From Callorhinchus milii (Eukaryota), in the NCBI RefSeq assembly GCF_018977255.1, contig NW_024704764.1:10044001-10108000 (forward strand): DNA of 64,000 bases. Direction: 5' to 3'. Below, piece by piece: positions 63,114 to 64,000 of this stretch (position 1 is the stretch's first letter; each line of letters begins with the position of its first letter). The translations under genes were made by a program, and so were the position numbers. Under the pieces are notes generated by a model that had not been told where the DNA came from, did no database searches, and saw nothing but the letters and a program-made list of their open reading frames with translations.

Positions 63114-64000
63114 CGTAAGCAGCCTTATTTTGCAAGGTCGGCAAATAAACATAAATAACAGATTCAACACAAACAGGAACAGGGAACACGTCATAGAAGG
63201 AGTGGAGACACCTAGAAACAAAGCCCTTCCCTTGGGGGGACGAGGGGGAAGGGAGGAAAGGGAAGCCCACAGAGGGAATTAGATCGAGCTCGCTGACATG
63301 GCAGCTCAGGTTTTACTCACTGAGCAGGGAAGTGAAAAAGACACAGCGGTAAATGTACGAGGTACAATTCATCTCACGCACCGTGTAAATCATTCCCACA
63401 CTGCAGCCGGGAATAAATAGTCGGCTTTTAATAATGCACGTGTTTGGGCCTTCTCGAGGCTTGATCACTGTGAATAATTCAGCCTCACAGACACTCAATA
63501 AAAACAGCATTCCTCACACACACACACACACACAGAGAGACAGAGTTCCCCTTTGTTGGCAGTGAATTGATTGAACGCTGTTCCATTCAGACACGGGCTG
63601 GTTCTAATCCATCTCTCCCACTGTATTTCCGTCTCTCCCGGGCTTTGCCCTTGGTGTTTGTCCTGCTCTCTCTCCCTCACACTCCCCCAATCCCCCTCTA
63701 CCCCCAACCCTAACCCTAACACCCACCCACACCCCCCAACGCTCCCTCCTCCACCTCAAGGTGGAGCCTGCCCCAGTGTATCGGATAAATGGAAGCGAGT
63801 TAGCCTGCTGAACAAGCACAAAGCAATCATTACCATGACCTACTGCTCCCCCATCACATAGGTAATTAAGCAGTGGATCCTGGCTCTGACACTGGGTGCG
63901 GAGGGGGGGGCAATGGGGTAGAGATGGCCTGATAGAGGCTCAGGAACCACAAAGCAATTCAGGAACGCTGAAGCGACTGAGTTGGTAGCTGTTGTTTCTG

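Noticed and set aside
62065-64000. Next upstream MYO1D exon (expected to end ..LFLQK)
   Set aside because: No matching exon found; it presumably lies beyond the window.

Overview
Vertebrate genomic DNA. The repeat content (tRNA-headed Deu-type SINEs with L2 tails, L2 and CR1 LINE fragments, a Penelope-type remnant) suggests a cartilaginous fish, possibly a chimaera/elephant shark; this is inference. Four protein-coding genes were assembled by hand with GT-AG junctions and continuous reading frames: (1) a class I ADP-ribosylation factor, most like ARF2 (+, 4 coding exons 8312-10978, 181 aa, CpG-island first exon near 4.1 kb); (2) PSMD11/Rpn6 (+, 13 coding exons 21434-33091, 421 aa); (3) CDK5R1/p35 (+, single coding exon 39457-40731, expanded to 424 aa); (4) the last six coding exons of MYO1D (-, 62064-46068), with the gene continuing beyond the right edge. 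Most ORFs in the supplied track are repeat or GC artefacts. I cannot support a wholly new biological system here. The best leads are: a p35 that lacks the mammalian calpain p25 site and carries microsatellite-derived insertions; an array of CATCTG E-boxes directly in front of it; a TSD-flanked Penelope-type insert with a minimal hammerhead ribozyme core; a young SINE subfamily whose tail matches the local L2 LINE; an in-frame tandem duplication of the PSMD11 exon 6 end that is cut off by an L2 insertion; a divergent ARF2 ending in CTSK; and an RFX X-box cluster inside MYO1D.
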